In this document: one piece after another, positions 9,610 to 18,770 of the stretch
Layout of the letters: the number at the start of each line of letters is the position of its first letter
Numbering within the stretch: the first letter of the stretch is position 1
Assembly: GCA_003551305.1 (NCBI GenBank)
Contig: PUMJ01000293.1
Location: 304-64,303, forward strand
Source of the DNA: Candidatus Brocadiaceae bacterium
Lineage (GTDB): Bacteria > Planctomycetota > Brocadiia > SM23-32
Direction: 5' to 3'
Length of the DNA stretch: 64,000 bases
Made by a program: the position numbers and the translations under genes
The notes under the pieces: generated by a model
Told to the model about the DNA's origin: nothing
The model's database searches: none
The model's input: the letters and a program-made list of their open reading frames with translations, nothing else

Positions 9610-11079
9610 TCAGTCTTCGACGAGTGCGCCCACTTTCCGGGCCGCGATGCCCAGCCGCTCCGAACACTCATCCCTGCCCAGTATCTCCATCGTCTCGAAC
9701 AGGGGCGTGCTGACCCGGCGGCAGGTGACGGCCACCCGCAGCGGCATGTAGAGGGCGCCGCGCTTGCAGTCCAGTTCGTCGGCCAGCTCCCGCATGGCCA
9801 GTTCGAGCGGCTCGGTGGCCCACTCCTCGACGGAACCCAGTTTCCGCCCGATAGCATCGAGGACGTCCCGCGTGAACGCCGCGTCCTGCTTGCGCGGGAT
9901 GAGTTCCTCGGCGTCGTAATCCTCCCGCTCGAAGAAAAAGTTGGTCTGTTCGTCGAAATCCGCGAGCCGGTTGATGCGCTCCTGGATGAGCTTGACTATC
10001 TCCAGCAGCTTCTCTGCCGGCTCGTCCACCCGCGTGGTGTAGGGCTCCTCCAGAATGCGCTGCAGAAGCTCATCCGGCGGCGTCGCGCGGATGTATTCCC
10101 CGTTCATCCACTCCAGCTTCTGCATGTCGAAGACGGGGCCGCTGGTCTTGATCCGGTCCCAGGTGAAACCATGGATCATCTCCTCGGTGCTGAATATCTC
10201 CCGGTCCTCGCCCATGGACCAGCCCATCAGGGCCAGGAAGTTGCGCAGCGCCGCCGGCAGGAACCCCTGCTCCCTGTACCACAACAGCGAGGTCGGATTC
10301 TTGCGCTTGCTTATCTTCGTTTTGTCCTTGTTGCGCAGCAGCGGCATGTGCACGAACGTCGGCGCCTCCCACCCGAACGCCCCGTAGAGGAGCACGTGTT
10401 TCGGGGTGGAGCTGATCCACTCCTCGGCCCGGATGACGTGGGATATCTCCATCAGGTGGTCGTCCACCACGTTGGCCAGGTGGTAAGTGGGGAAGCCGTC
10501 GCTTTTGAGCAGTATCTGGTCGTCTATCTCGGCGTTGGGCACGGAGACGTCGCCGCGCACAAGGTCGGTGAAACCCGTCTGGCCGCCCTCGGGCACCTTC
10601 AGTCGGACGGTGAAGGGGGCTTTCTCGGCGAGTTTCGCCGCGATCTCCTCCTCGCCCAGGTCCCGGCAGTGGCCGTCATATCCGAACGACTCGCCCTCCT
10701 CCCGCTGGGCCTTGCGCATCCGGGCCAGCCGCTCGGGCGCGCAGAAGCAGCGGTAGGCGGCGCCCTTCTCCAGCAGCATCCGGGCGTGCTCGGCGTAGAG
10801 GTCCGACCGTTCGCTCTGGCGGTACGGCGCGTGGGGGCCGCCGCAGTCCGGGCCCTCGTCCCAATCAAGCCCCAGCCACTTGAAGCCCTCCATGATGGCC
10901 TGCTCGCTCTCCGCCGTGGAGCGCTCGCGGTCCGTGTCCTCGATACGCAGCGCGAACTCGCCGCCGGCGTGCCGGGCGAAAACGAAGTCGAAAAGGCCGA
11001 TGTAAGCGTTGCCCACGTGCGGCGGGCCCGTGGGCGAGGGAGCGATGCGGACGCGGACGTGTCTGTCTCTGTCGGTCAT
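9610..11079 (-). CDS. gltX: glutamate--tRNA ligase
   Basis: RVRIAPSPTGPPHVGNAY (HIGH-type motif), RIEDTD and KISKRK (KMSKS-type). I prefer the ATG at 11079 (MTDRDRHVRVR). Confidence 0.92.
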   Translation of the reverse strand: MTDRDRHVRVRIAPSPTGPPHVGNAYIGLFDFVFARHAGGEFALRIEDTDRERSTAESEQAIMEGFKWLGLDWDEGPDCGGPHAPYRQSERSDLYAEHARMLLEKGAAYRCFCAPERLARMRKAQREEGESFGYDGHCRDLGEEEIAAKLAEKAPFTVRLKVPEGGQTGFTDLVRGDVSVPNAEIDDQILLKSDGFPTYHLANVVDDHLMEISHVIRAEEWISSTPKHVLLYGAFGWEAPTFVHMPLLRNKDKTKISKRKNPTSLLWYREQGFLPAALRNFLALMGWSMGEDREIFSTEEMIHGFTWDRIKTSGPVFDMQKLEWMNGEYIRATPPDELLQRILEEPYTTRVDEPAEKLLEIVKLIQERINRLADFDEQTNFFFEREDYDAEELIPRKQDAAFTRDVLDAIGRKLGSVEEWATEPLELAMRELADELDCKRGALYMPLRVAVTCRRVSTPLFETMEILGRDECSERLGIAARKVGALVED

Positions 11080-11132
11080 GAGTTCGATCCGTCGGATGGA
11101 GAAAGCGGAACCGCGCAGGTCTGACTCCGTAG

Positions 11133-11161
11133 AGCGTAGCACAGAGGCGGCAGGAGTTCAA
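11133..11161 (-). promoter_or_regulatory. sigma-70-like promoter candidate for gltX
   Basis: On the minus strand, TTGAAC, 17 nt, TACGCT, about 50 nt upstream of the gltX ATG. Confidence 0.3.
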
Positions 11162-11469
11162 AAGCGGCGGTTCCCGTAAGCAGAACTCTGTTGCCAGCGT
11201 GAGCGGGCCTTGGGGCCTCAGAGCCCGGAGGCCACCACGACGCCTGGCCGTTCGCCGGACGGCGAATAGCGGGACACGACGGCGAGAATGAAGACGAGTG
11301 TCCAGGCGCCTCACCACCCGCTCGGGGCCCCTGTCAGCATGTCAAAGAGCAAATGGATTCGTTTCGCAGAGAACACCCCGGTGCGCCCAAATCGGTCAGT
11401 GACGCCGGGGAGCGACGCCGGTTTCCCCAGCCGGAGCATTGGTGCGATGATCATGACTCGCCTGTGTAT

Positions 11470-11498
11470 ATACTATACGTGTATAGAGTTCCCGTCAA
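11470..11498 (-). promoter_or_regulatory. strong sigma-70-like promoter candidate inside an AT-rich palindromic patch
   Basis: On the minus strand, TTGACG, 17 nt, TAGTAT. Overlaps GTATATAC and CTATAC-GT-GTATAG palindromes, the most AT-rich patch of this region. Would fire toward gltX, about 380 nt away. Confidence 0.35.
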
Positions 11499-11522
11499 GC
11501 GGTTTCCCGGCACGATTCCGGA

Positions 11523-11843
11523 GGGCGGTATGCCGCCCCCACGGAGCGCGACAGGGAACGTCCTGCCGCCCCAACGGGGCGCCGCCCTGTCAGGGCGCTC
11601 CATACCAGCCCGGGGCGCAGCCCTGGGTACCGAGAAGTCCCCCCGAAATCAGCGCCCTGAAGGGGCGCTACAGGGGACGCGGTGCCGCCCCTGCAGGGGG
11701 CCGGTCGTGTTCTATTCTCTGTCCCCGTTGTGGCGCCCTTTCAGGGCGCGGTCTTGTTGCCGGCTGCCGGTTTCCCGGGGTGCCGGCCGGCACCCCGGGC
11801 TTCATATGTGGCGCTGCTGTGCAGCGGCGCTGCTTCGCAGCGC
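11523..11843. repeat. cluster of GC-rich perfect palindromes/hairpins (REP-like)
   Basis: Hand-mapped elements:
- GGGCGG-tatg-CCGCCC (11523-38)
- CGCCCTGTCAGGGCG (11583-97)
- AGCGCCC-tgaag-GGGCGCT (11651-69)
- CCCCTGCAGGGG (11688-99)
- GCGCCCT-ttc-AGGGCGC (11733-49)
- 26-nt perfect palindrome CCCGGGGTGCCGGCCGGCACCCCGGG (11774-99)
- GCGCTGC-ttc-GCAGCGC (11827-43). Confidence 0.7.
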
Positions 11844-11940
11844 TCGTGGGAAAGTCAGGCCGGGACGAATCAGACATAGCCCGTGGCGTTTCAAATGTTT
11901 ATGGAGACCTGCAAAAGCAATGTTTAGCCGAAAAGAACGC

Positions 11941-12051
11941 TGTCATTCTGAGGAGGGGCGGAGCCCTGCCTAAGAGTCTCTACGGGGGCGTCCATTGCGC
12001 GCCTGAACAGCGAGATTCCTCGTTGCGCCGTTCGGCGAACTCAGAATGACA
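11941..12051. repeat. 12-nt perfect inverted repeat pair with 87-nt spacer
   Basis: TGTCATTCTGAG (11941-52) and CTCAGAATGACA (12040-51). Confidence 0.65.
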
Positions 12052-12558
12052 TCATTGGCTTGACCGGGCTCAATAGTCTGCCAGAGTCGTCCGGCTGAAT
12101 CGTCCCTCCCGGACTCCCCACTCGGGGTGTGAACAACCTGCCCGGGGGCTCCCTCTGGTCGCCCCGGGCTGCATCTGATGCGCCCCCGTACGGCGGGCCT
12201 TGCCTCTCATTGTTCGGTCGCTTCGTCGGGGCCGTCCGCCGCTCACCGCCCCGACGTTTCCGGCCCTCGTTGTGGCGCCTCTTCAGGTAGCCATCCGGCT
12301 GGGAGCCGCCTTGCCCGGCACCTCGCCTGAAGCGGCAGGCACTTTGTCGGAACATCTGCCCGTCACACTCCACTAAGGGAATATGGGGCCCAATTCACAT
12401 TCGCGTAACTTTCGTTTCGTGCGAGCTGCCCGACATGGCTGCGACAAAGCACGTGATCGAGCCGCGAGCGTCCCCGTCCGTGAATTCTCAGGCATTGCCC
12501 TTCTCAAGGCAAGAGCGAGAACAAGAGCAAGACATCCGGACAGGGAATCTGTAAGACA

Positions 12559-13020
12559 ATGAAAGTAACCACACGAACAACTCGACGCATCGCAGGCTTC
12601 GCAGTGACTGCCCTTCTGGCACTGACCATCATCTCGGCAAGTCCGGCGGGCGCCCAGGTCGAACTGCTGGGCCCTGACGCTATCGCTTCTCACGGCAACT
12701 CCCTCTACATGGTGGTCGGCGATGAGCTGATCAGGCTCGAAATCGGGTCCGACCTCGAGGTGGAGGCGCGCGTTGAGCTGGAAAGGGATATCTGGACTCC
12801 CGAACTGACGGCATTCGACGATGGAGTATGCTTGAGCGGAGACGGGGCCCTCTACATCTACAACCACGACCTCGAACTCCAGCAGTCTGTCGAACTGACG
12901 GACCTGCTGGACATAGAGGTGGAGATCGAGGAACCGCTTGAGTGGCAGGATCCTGACGACGAGCCGGTGCTGCCCGAAGAGCAGCCGCAGGATCCCCCGC
13001 CGGAGATCCCGACATGGTGA
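12559..13020 (+). CDS. secreted hypothetical protein with acidic, Pro-rich C-terminus
   Basis: N-terminal signal-peptide-like MKVTTRTTRRIAGFAVTALLALTIISASPAGAQ. Followed by an intrinsic terminator. No family recognised. Confidence 0.7.
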   Translation: MKVTTRTTRRIAGFAVTALLALTIISASPAGAQVELLGPDAIASHGNSLYMVVGDELIRLEIGSDLEVEARVELERDIWTPELTAFDDGVCLSGDGALYIYNHDLELQQSVELTDLLDIEVEIEEPLEWQDPDDEPVLPEEQPQDPPPEIPTW

Positions 13021-13042
13021 GGCACTGACCTCGCCCGCGACC

Positions 13043-13078
13043 GGGGCCCCGCCGTCTCGCCGGTAGGGCCCCTTTTTT
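13043..13078 (+). terminator. intrinsic terminator
   Basis: GGGGCCC (13043-49) pairs with GGGCCCC (13066-72), followed by TTTTTT (13073-78). Confidence 0.65.
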
Positions 13079-13268
13079 CTCCCATCCCCCGCCGTTCTTG
13101 TCACCCTCTTTCCCCACGGCCCGGAGCGGCCAGGACCCCCCTGAACCTGCACGATCACAACTTCCCGGTGGCTGGGTGCCACGTCCTGGCGAGCAAAAAA
13201 AGCTTGACTCTGTCCCTTTGATGGGGTAAGTGTCGGGTAGTGACGTATTCCTGCCGGAGGGCGGCCCG

Positions 13269-14852
13269 ATGGGACGGAGCAGGCGCTGGCAGTGGGGGCT
13301 GATAGCGACGGCGGTGCTGGGAGTGTCCCTGCTGGGGGTCCTCTTTTGCGAGTTGCACTGGCGGCGCATGCTCTCGCGCAAGGAGGCGGAGCTGCGGGCG
13401 CAGGGACTGCCCCTGAGCCTGGAAGAGTATCTGGAGCAACGCGAGACGCTACCCCCGGAGGCGAACTCGGCCCTCGTCTTCCTGGAACTGGCCCAACTGC
13501 TGCGGGAAACCAGGCCTGAATCCAGGGAAGTGGCGGTCGGCCTTGCCACGGCATCCCCGTTCGGGGAGAAGCCCTCCGAGCACAGCCGGCAACTCATACG
13601 CCGTTGCCTGGACGAAAACGCGGAGGCCCTGGCGATTATCCGCCGGGGAGCCGAACTGCCACGGGGTGTCTATCCCCTGGGGGAGTACCCCGGCCCGGAC
13701 ATGTACATGCCCCACCTGGGGCTTCTGCGCAGCGCCGGGGAATTGTGCGCGGTCAAGGCGACAGAGAGGGCGGCGGCGGGGGACGGCTCCGCGGCGGCCG
13801 AGAGCTTGCGGAACTCCCGGCGCTTGAATGCTTCCCTGCAGGAGCCTGCGACTCTCGCCGAAGGAGTAGTCCGCATGGCCTTCGTCAGCGGGCTGTTCAG
13901 TGCCCTGGAGGATACGCTGGGCCTGGTCGAGATGCCGCATGAGGCGGTGGCGATGCTTCAGAGCGAACTGCGTGCCGAACGGGAGGCCCTCTCCCTCGCT
14001 GACGCCGCCCGGGGGGAGATCGGACTGTGCTACCACCTGTTCAGGCATCCCGAAGAGCTGGCAGGCATCAGGGGATGGCCCGGCGGACTGGCTCATGCTA
14101 TTCGTCTCGTTCCGAGCCTGCGGGAGCGGAATGCCATCGGCTACCTGGAGGTTTTCAGTCGCCTGGTGCAGGTCTCGCAACTCCCGCTGCGGGAGCGGTG
14201 GCTGGCGGGCAGTCAGTTCACGGAGGGTTGGGAGCGGACGGTTGTGGACAGCCGGAACCAGCTTATGCTCGCGCGTCAACTACTGCCATCGTTAGCGCGG
14301 TTAATCAGAAGTGATGTCGCGGCGCACGTTGAACTGCAGGTGGCCGAGGCCGCACTGGCGGTCGAACAGTGGCGCCTGGAGCACGGACGCTGGCCGGAGT
14401 CCCTGGAAGAACTGACGCCCGAGCTTCTGGAGGCCGTCCCTGAGGACCCCTTTGCCGACGGGCCGATCCGGTATTTGCACACGGACCGGGGTGTGGTCCT
14501 CTACAGTCTCGGTCCGGATGGCAAGGACCACGGCGGCCGCTCCCGGCGCGAACTGCGGCAGCAATTCGAGAGGCTGAAGGACTTGGGCCCCGACTGCGGC
14601 GATATTGCTTTTCGCCTGCTGGCGCCGGAGCACCGCGGCGCCCGCACACGCACTCTGCAAGAGGACCTGGCCGGCAGCAGGCTCACGCTGAACATGCTCG
14701 AGGATGCCGGCATCACAAGAGACGAACTCCTGGAACTCGGCCTCACAGAGGAGGACGTCCGGCCCCTTGAGGCGCCGGACCCGCCCTCAGAGCCCCCCGA
14801 GTGGCTGCGGGAGATGATTGAGGCTGAGATGAGGGACGCCGCCCCCCGGTAG
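13269..14852 (+). CDS. hypothetical membrane-anchored protein
   Basis: ATG at 13269 (MGRSRRWQWGLIATAVLGVSLLGVLF, one TM); the GTG at 13230 is an alternative start. The C-terminal part contains EDPFADGPIRY...VVLYSLGPDGKDHGG, reminiscent of the pseudopilin/GspG-like C-terminal motif (weak). Confidence 0.7.
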   Translation: MGRSRRWQWGLIATAVLGVSLLGVLFCELHWRRMLSRKEAELRAQGLPLSLEEYLEQRETLPPEANSALVFLELAQLLRETRPESREVAVGLATASPFGEKPSEHSRQLIRRCLDENAEALAIIRRGAELPRGVYPLGEYPGPDMYMPHLGLLRSAGELCAVKATERAAAGDGSAAAESLRNSRRLNASLQEPATLAEGVVRMAFVSGLFSALEDTLGLVEMPHEAVAMLQSELRAEREALSLADAARGEIGLCYHLFRHPEELAGIRGWPGGLAHAIRLVPSLRERNAIGYLEVFSRLVQVSQLPLRERWLAGSQFTEGWERTVVDSRNQLMLARQLLPSLARLIRSDVAAHVELQVAEAALAVEQWRLEHGRWPESLEELTPELLEAVPEDPFADGPIRYLHTDRGVVLYSLGPDGKDHGGRSRRELRQQFERLKDLGPDCGDIAFRLLAPEHRGARTRTLQEDLAGSRLTLNMLEDAGITRDELLELGLTEEDVRPLEAPDPPSEPPEWLREMIEAEMRDAAPR

Positions 14853-15117
14853 CGGAGCAGCGGCCGTGAGGGCGATGCAGGGCCGTGATGCCTGACCGCT
14901 GAACCCGCCGCCCGGCACACGGCAACCGGCCCGTGCGCCGCAGGGAGAGCGGCACTGCCCTTGCCACCCTCGCCGTCAAGACCCGCCCTCAGATCGCCAC
15001 CACGCTCACCCTCGGGACACGCGCCGCAGCAGCGCCTGTGAACGTCCTGAAGTCGAAAGGGGTCTCCTGTTTGCCGCCGGGGGACGGGCGCTGCAACGTT
15101 TCGGCGTCCTGCTGCGC

Positions 15118-15146
15118 TTGCACGGCCGGGCGGGTGGGGTTAGTAT
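15118..15146 (+). promoter_or_regulatory. sigma-70-like promoter candidate for the hox operon
   Basis: TTGCAC, 17 nt, TAGTAT. Leaves a leader of about 185 nt containing the hairpin GGTGAGC-ggaca-GCTCACC (about 15232-15250). Confidence 0.35.
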
Positions 15147-15331
15147 GAGGCGTCGGCTTGCATCGCACCGGCTGCGCATCCCCGCCGGCCGGGTCGCCGG
15201 GAACGCGGCATGCGGATCTCGCCGGTCCCAGGGTGAGCGGACAGCTCACCGCCCCTGAATCGCGGGCCCGGCTGCCGTTGCGAGCGCCCCGCGGCGGCCC
15301 GTCACACTGCAGGACGCGAAAGGAGAGAAAG

Positions 15332-15838
15332 ATGCGGGTGGACCTCCAGAACCCGGAGCCCCCCACGGACGACCCACGGTGGAGGTCCGTCCGGACGGCC
15401 ATGCGCCGGCACGGACACCAACCGAATGCCCTGATCGAAACGCTTCACGCCGTCCAGGAGAGCTTCGGCTACCTGGAAGAGGAAGCCCTGCAGTACGTGG
15501 CCGCCGGCCTGCGCGTGCCGCCCAGCAAGGTCTACGGCGTGGCCACCTTCTACCACTTCTTCACCCTCAAGCCCAAAGGCGAGCACACCTGCGTGGTCTG
15601 CACCGGGACCGCCTGCTACATCAAGGGCGCTCCCGAGATACTGGAGGCCATCGAGCAGGAGTTCGGCGTTGGCCCCGACCAGACGGGCGAGGACGGCAAG
15701 CTCTCGGTGCTGACGGCCCGTTGCTTCGGCTCCTGCGGCCTGGCCCCGGCCGCCACCTTCGACGGGGAAGTGGCCGGCAAACTGACACCCGAGCAGGCGG
15801 TCTCCCGAATCCGGAGGTTGATGGACGATGATTCCTGA
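15332..15838 (+). CDS. hoxE: NAD-reducing hydrogenase diaphorase subunit HoxE (NuoE-like 2Fe-2S)
   Basis: ATG at 15332 preceded by [23 protein letters not shown]...[13 protein letters not shown]...[11 protein letters not shown] Cys pattern of the NuoE family. Confidence 0.85.
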   Translation: MRVDLQNPEPPTDDPRWRSVRTAMRRHGHQPNALIETLHAVQESFGYLEEEALQYVAAGLRVPPSKVYGVATFYHFFTLKPKGEHTCVVCTGTACYIKGAPEILEAIEQEFGVGPDQTGEDGKLSVLTARCFGSCGLAPAATFDGEVAGKLTPEQAVSRIRRLMDDDS

Positions 15839-17480
15839 GGAACTGAAGGACGTGGCCGCCCAGTGGCAGGAACAAGCCGGCCAGTACGCCCATCAGGTTT
15901 ACGTCTGCACGGCCGCCGGCTGCCTCTCCTCCAACAGCGATCAGGTGCTTGAAAGCCTTCAGAAGGAAGTCAAGGACCGCGACCTCCACGAGCAGTGCCT
16001 CGTCAAAGGTGTCGGCTGCATGGGTCTGTGCGCCGGAGGCCCACTGGTTGCTGTCCAGCCCGACGGCGTCCTCTACGCCCACGTAACGCCGGAGCAGGCC
16101 CCCGCCATCGTGGACGCCCTCGGGGACGAACCGGCCGCCGACCTGGAAGCCATCGAGGCCGACGCGCCGTTCTACGAACGGCAGGAGCCCATCGCCCTGG
16201 AGAACTGCGGCCGGGTGGACCCGGAGAGTATCGAGGAATGCATCGGCGCCGACGGATACGCCGCGCTTGCCCGCTGCCTGACGGCGCTGAGCCCTACCGA
16301 AGTGGTGAACGTCATCTCCAAGAGCGGCCTGCGCGGCCGGGGCGGGGCCGGATATCCCACGGGGCTCAAATGGAGCACCGTGGAGAAGGCACGCGCCGAG
16401 CGCAAGTTCGTCGTCTGCAACGCGGACGAAGGTGACCCCGGCGCGTTCATGGACCGCAGCATCCTGGAGGGCGACCCCCACCGCATCCTGGAAGGCATGG
16501 CCATCGCCGCCTACGCCGTCGGGGCCGACCAGGGCTACGTATACATCCGCGCCGAGTATCCGCTGGCCATCGAGCGGCTGCGCAAGGCGATCCGCCAGGC
16601 CAAGCGCATGGATTTGCTCGGCGGCGACATCATGGGGTCCAACTTCAGCTTCGACATCCAGTTGCGACTCGGCGCCGGGGCGTTTGTCTGCGGCGAGGAG
16701 ACCGCCCTCATGGCCTCGATCGAGGGCAAGCGCGGCACCCCCCGCCCGCGGCCGCCCTACCCGGCCAATTACGGCCTGTGGGGCTACCCCACGCTGATCA
16801 ACAACGTCGAGACGTTCGCCAACATCGGGCCCATCCTGCGCGAGGGCGCCGACTGGTTCGCCGGCATCGGCACCGAGAAGAGCAAAGGGACGAAGGTCTT
16901 CGCGCTGGCCGGCAGCGTGCTGAACACGGGCCTGATCGAGGTGCCGATGGGCACGACGCTGCGGGAGATCATCTTCGACATCGGGGGCGGCATCCCGGAC
17001 GGACGCGCCTTCAAGGCCGTCCAGACCGGCGGCCCCTCCGGCGGTTGCATCCCGGAGCAGTACCTGGACGTCGCCGTGGACTACGAGTCGCTGCGCGAAC
17101 TGGGCTCCATCATGGGCTCGGGCGGCATGATCGTGATGGACGAGACCGCCTGCATGGTGGACGTGGCCAAGTTCTTCATGGAATTCTGCCGCACCGAGTC
17201 CTGCGGCCACTGCCTGCCCTGCCGGGCCGGCACCCCCCAGATGCTGGGGCTGCTGGACCGGATAACCCGGGGCGAGGCCGTGATGAGGGACCTGGAGATG
17301 CTGGAAGAGTTGTGCGACCTGGTGCGCAACACGGCCCTGTGCGGTCTGGGCCAGACGGCTCCCAACCCCGTGCTCAGCACGCTGCGCTACTTCCGGGACG
17401 AATACCTGGCGCACATTGAGGACCGCACCTGCCCGGCCGGCAAGTGCAAGATGAGAAGCACAACGGAGGTGAACCGATGA
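15828..17480 (+). CDS. hoxF: NAD-reducing hydrogenase diaphorase subunit HoxF (NuoF-like, FMN/NAD, 4Fe-4S)
   Basis: [30 protein letters not shown] and [11 protein letters not shown]-terminal thioredoxin-like 2Fe-2S domain. Overlaps hoxE by 11 nt. Confidence 0.9.
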   Translation: MIPEELKDVAAQWQEQAGQYAHQVYVCTAAGCLSSNSDQVLESLQKEVKDRDLHEQCLVKGVGCMGLCAGGPLVAVQPDGVLYAHVTPEQAPAIVDALGDEPAADLEAIEADAPFYERQEPIALENCGRVDPESIEECIGADGYAALARCLTALSPTEVVNVISKSGLRGRGGAGYPTGLKWSTVEKARAERKFVVCNADEGDPGAFMDRSILEGDPHRILEGMAIAAYAVGADQGYVYIRAEYPLAIERLRKAIRQAKRMDLLGGDIMGSNFSFDIQLRLGAGAFVCGEETALMASIEGKRGTPRPRPPYPANYGLWGYPTLINNVETFANIGPILREGADWFAGIGTEKSKGTKVFALAGSVLNTGLIEVPMGTTLREIIFDIGGGIPDGRAFKAVQTGGPSGGCIPEQYLDVAVDYESLRELGSIMGSGGMIVMDETACMVDVAKFFMEFCRTESCGHCLPCRAGTPQMLGLLDRITRGEAVMRDLEMLEELCDLVRNTALCGLGQTAPNPVLSTLRYFRDEYLAHIEDRTCPAGKCKMRSTTEVNR

Positions 17481-18226
17481 GCACGCCGTCATCCCCGATC
17501 CGGGGGCCCGTGGAGGCCCCGCGGCAGATAAGGACGCTGAAAATTGACGGCTTCGACGTCAGTGGCCGCGCCGAGCAGACCATCCTGCAGGTGGCCCTCG
17601 AACACGAGATCGACATACCCAGACTCTGCCATGTGGAGGGGCTCTCCGCCATCGGCGCCTGCCGGTTGTGCCTGGTGGAAATAAGGGCCACGGGCCGGCT
17701 CGTGCCCGCCTGCGTCACCCGCATCGAAGAGGGCATGGAGGTCATCACGGACTCCAAACGCATACAGAAGTACCGCCGCAGCCTGCTGGAGTTGCTCTTC
17801 GCGGAGCGGAACCACATCTGCGCCGTCTGCGTCGCCAACGGCAACTGCGAACTGCAGATACTGGCGGAGGAGCTCGGCATGGACCACGTGCGCGTACCCT
17901 ACCTGAACCCCGATGTGCCGGTGGACGCCTCGCACAAGCAGCTCGCCGTGGACCACAACCGCTGCATCCTCTGCACCCGCTGCGTGCGGGTGTGCGACGA
18001 GGTCGAGGGCGCCCACACCTGGGACGTGGAGGGCCGCGGCGTGGACGCCCGCATCATCACGGACATGCGCCAGCCGTGGGGCGATTCGGGAACCTGCACC
18101 AACTGCGGCAAGTGCGTTGAGCTGTGCCCCACCGGGGCCCTGTTCGAGAAGGGAACCTGCGTGGCGGAGTTGGAGCGACGAGAGTTCCTGCCGTACCTGA
18201 CGGCCATGAGGAGGACCGAGCAATGA
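17477..18226 (+). CDS. hoxU: NAD-reducing hydrogenase diaphorase subunit HoxU (NuoG N-terminal-like Fe-S)
   Basis: ATGA overlap with hox[36 protein letters not shown] and [12 protein letters not shown] clusters. Confidence 0.9.
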   Translation: MSTPSSPIRGPVEAPRQIRTLKIDGFDVSGRAEQTILQVALEHEIDIPRLCHVEGLSAIGACRLCLVEIRATGRLVPACVTRIEEGMEVITDSKRIQKYRRSLLELLFAERNHICAVCVANGNCELQILAEELGMDHVRVPYLNPDVPVDASHKQLAVDHNRCILCTRCVRVCDEVEGAHTWDVEGRGVDARIITDMRQPWGDSGTCTNCGKCVELCPTGALFEKGTCVAELERREFLPYLTAMRRTEQ

Positions 18227-18753
18227 GCAAAGCCCGCGTGGCTACGGCATGGCTGGAGGCCTGCTCCGGCTGTCATATGTCCTTCCTCGACATGGACGAA
18301 GGGCTGCTGGAACTGGCCGAGCTGATCGAGCTTGTCTACTCCCCGCTGGTTGACGCCAAGGAGTTCCCCGAACAGGTGGACGTGACGCTGCTGAGCGGGG
18401 GCGTGGGCAACGAGGAGCAGCTGGAGCTGGTGCGGCACATCCGGCCGCGCACGAAGCTGCTGGTCAGCCTGGGCGACTGCGCCGTGACGGGCAATGTGCC
18501 CGCCATGCGCAACCACATTCCCGTGGAGCAGTTGCTGGAGCGGACTTTCGTCCAGGAGGCGGACCTCAATCCCGGCGCGCCCGAGGCCGTGGTCTCCCCC
18601 CTGCGGCCGAAGGTGCAGCCGCTGCACAACTTCGTGGAAGTGGACGAGTACATTGTCGGCTGCCCGCCGGACGCCGAGCTGATCAAGTTCATCGTGAGCG
18701 AACTACTGCAAGGACGCATACCGGGACGCGGCGTGCGGTCCCGTTTCGGATAG
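18223..18753 (+). CDS. hoxY: NiFe hydrogenase small subunit HoxY
   Basis: ATGA overlap with hox[18 protein letters not shown] and [16 protein letters not shown]. Confidence 0.9.
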   Translation: MSKARVATAWLEACSGCHMSFLDMDEGLLELAELIELVYSPLVDAKEFPEQVDVTLLSGGVGNEEQLELVRHIRPRTKLLVSLGDCAVTGNVPAMRNHIPVEQLLERTFVQEADLNPGAPEAVVSPLRPKVQPLHNFVEVDEYIVGCPPDAELIKFIVSELLQGRIPGRGVRSRFG

Positions 18754-18770
18754 CAAGGAGAGCGAGAGCC

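Noticed and set aside
11288-12049. 253-aa and 206-aa ORFs in the gltX upstream desert.
   Set aside because: There is no RBS. The translations consist of palindrome-derived strings, and both overlap the hairpin cluster. I treat them as non-coding repeat sequence.
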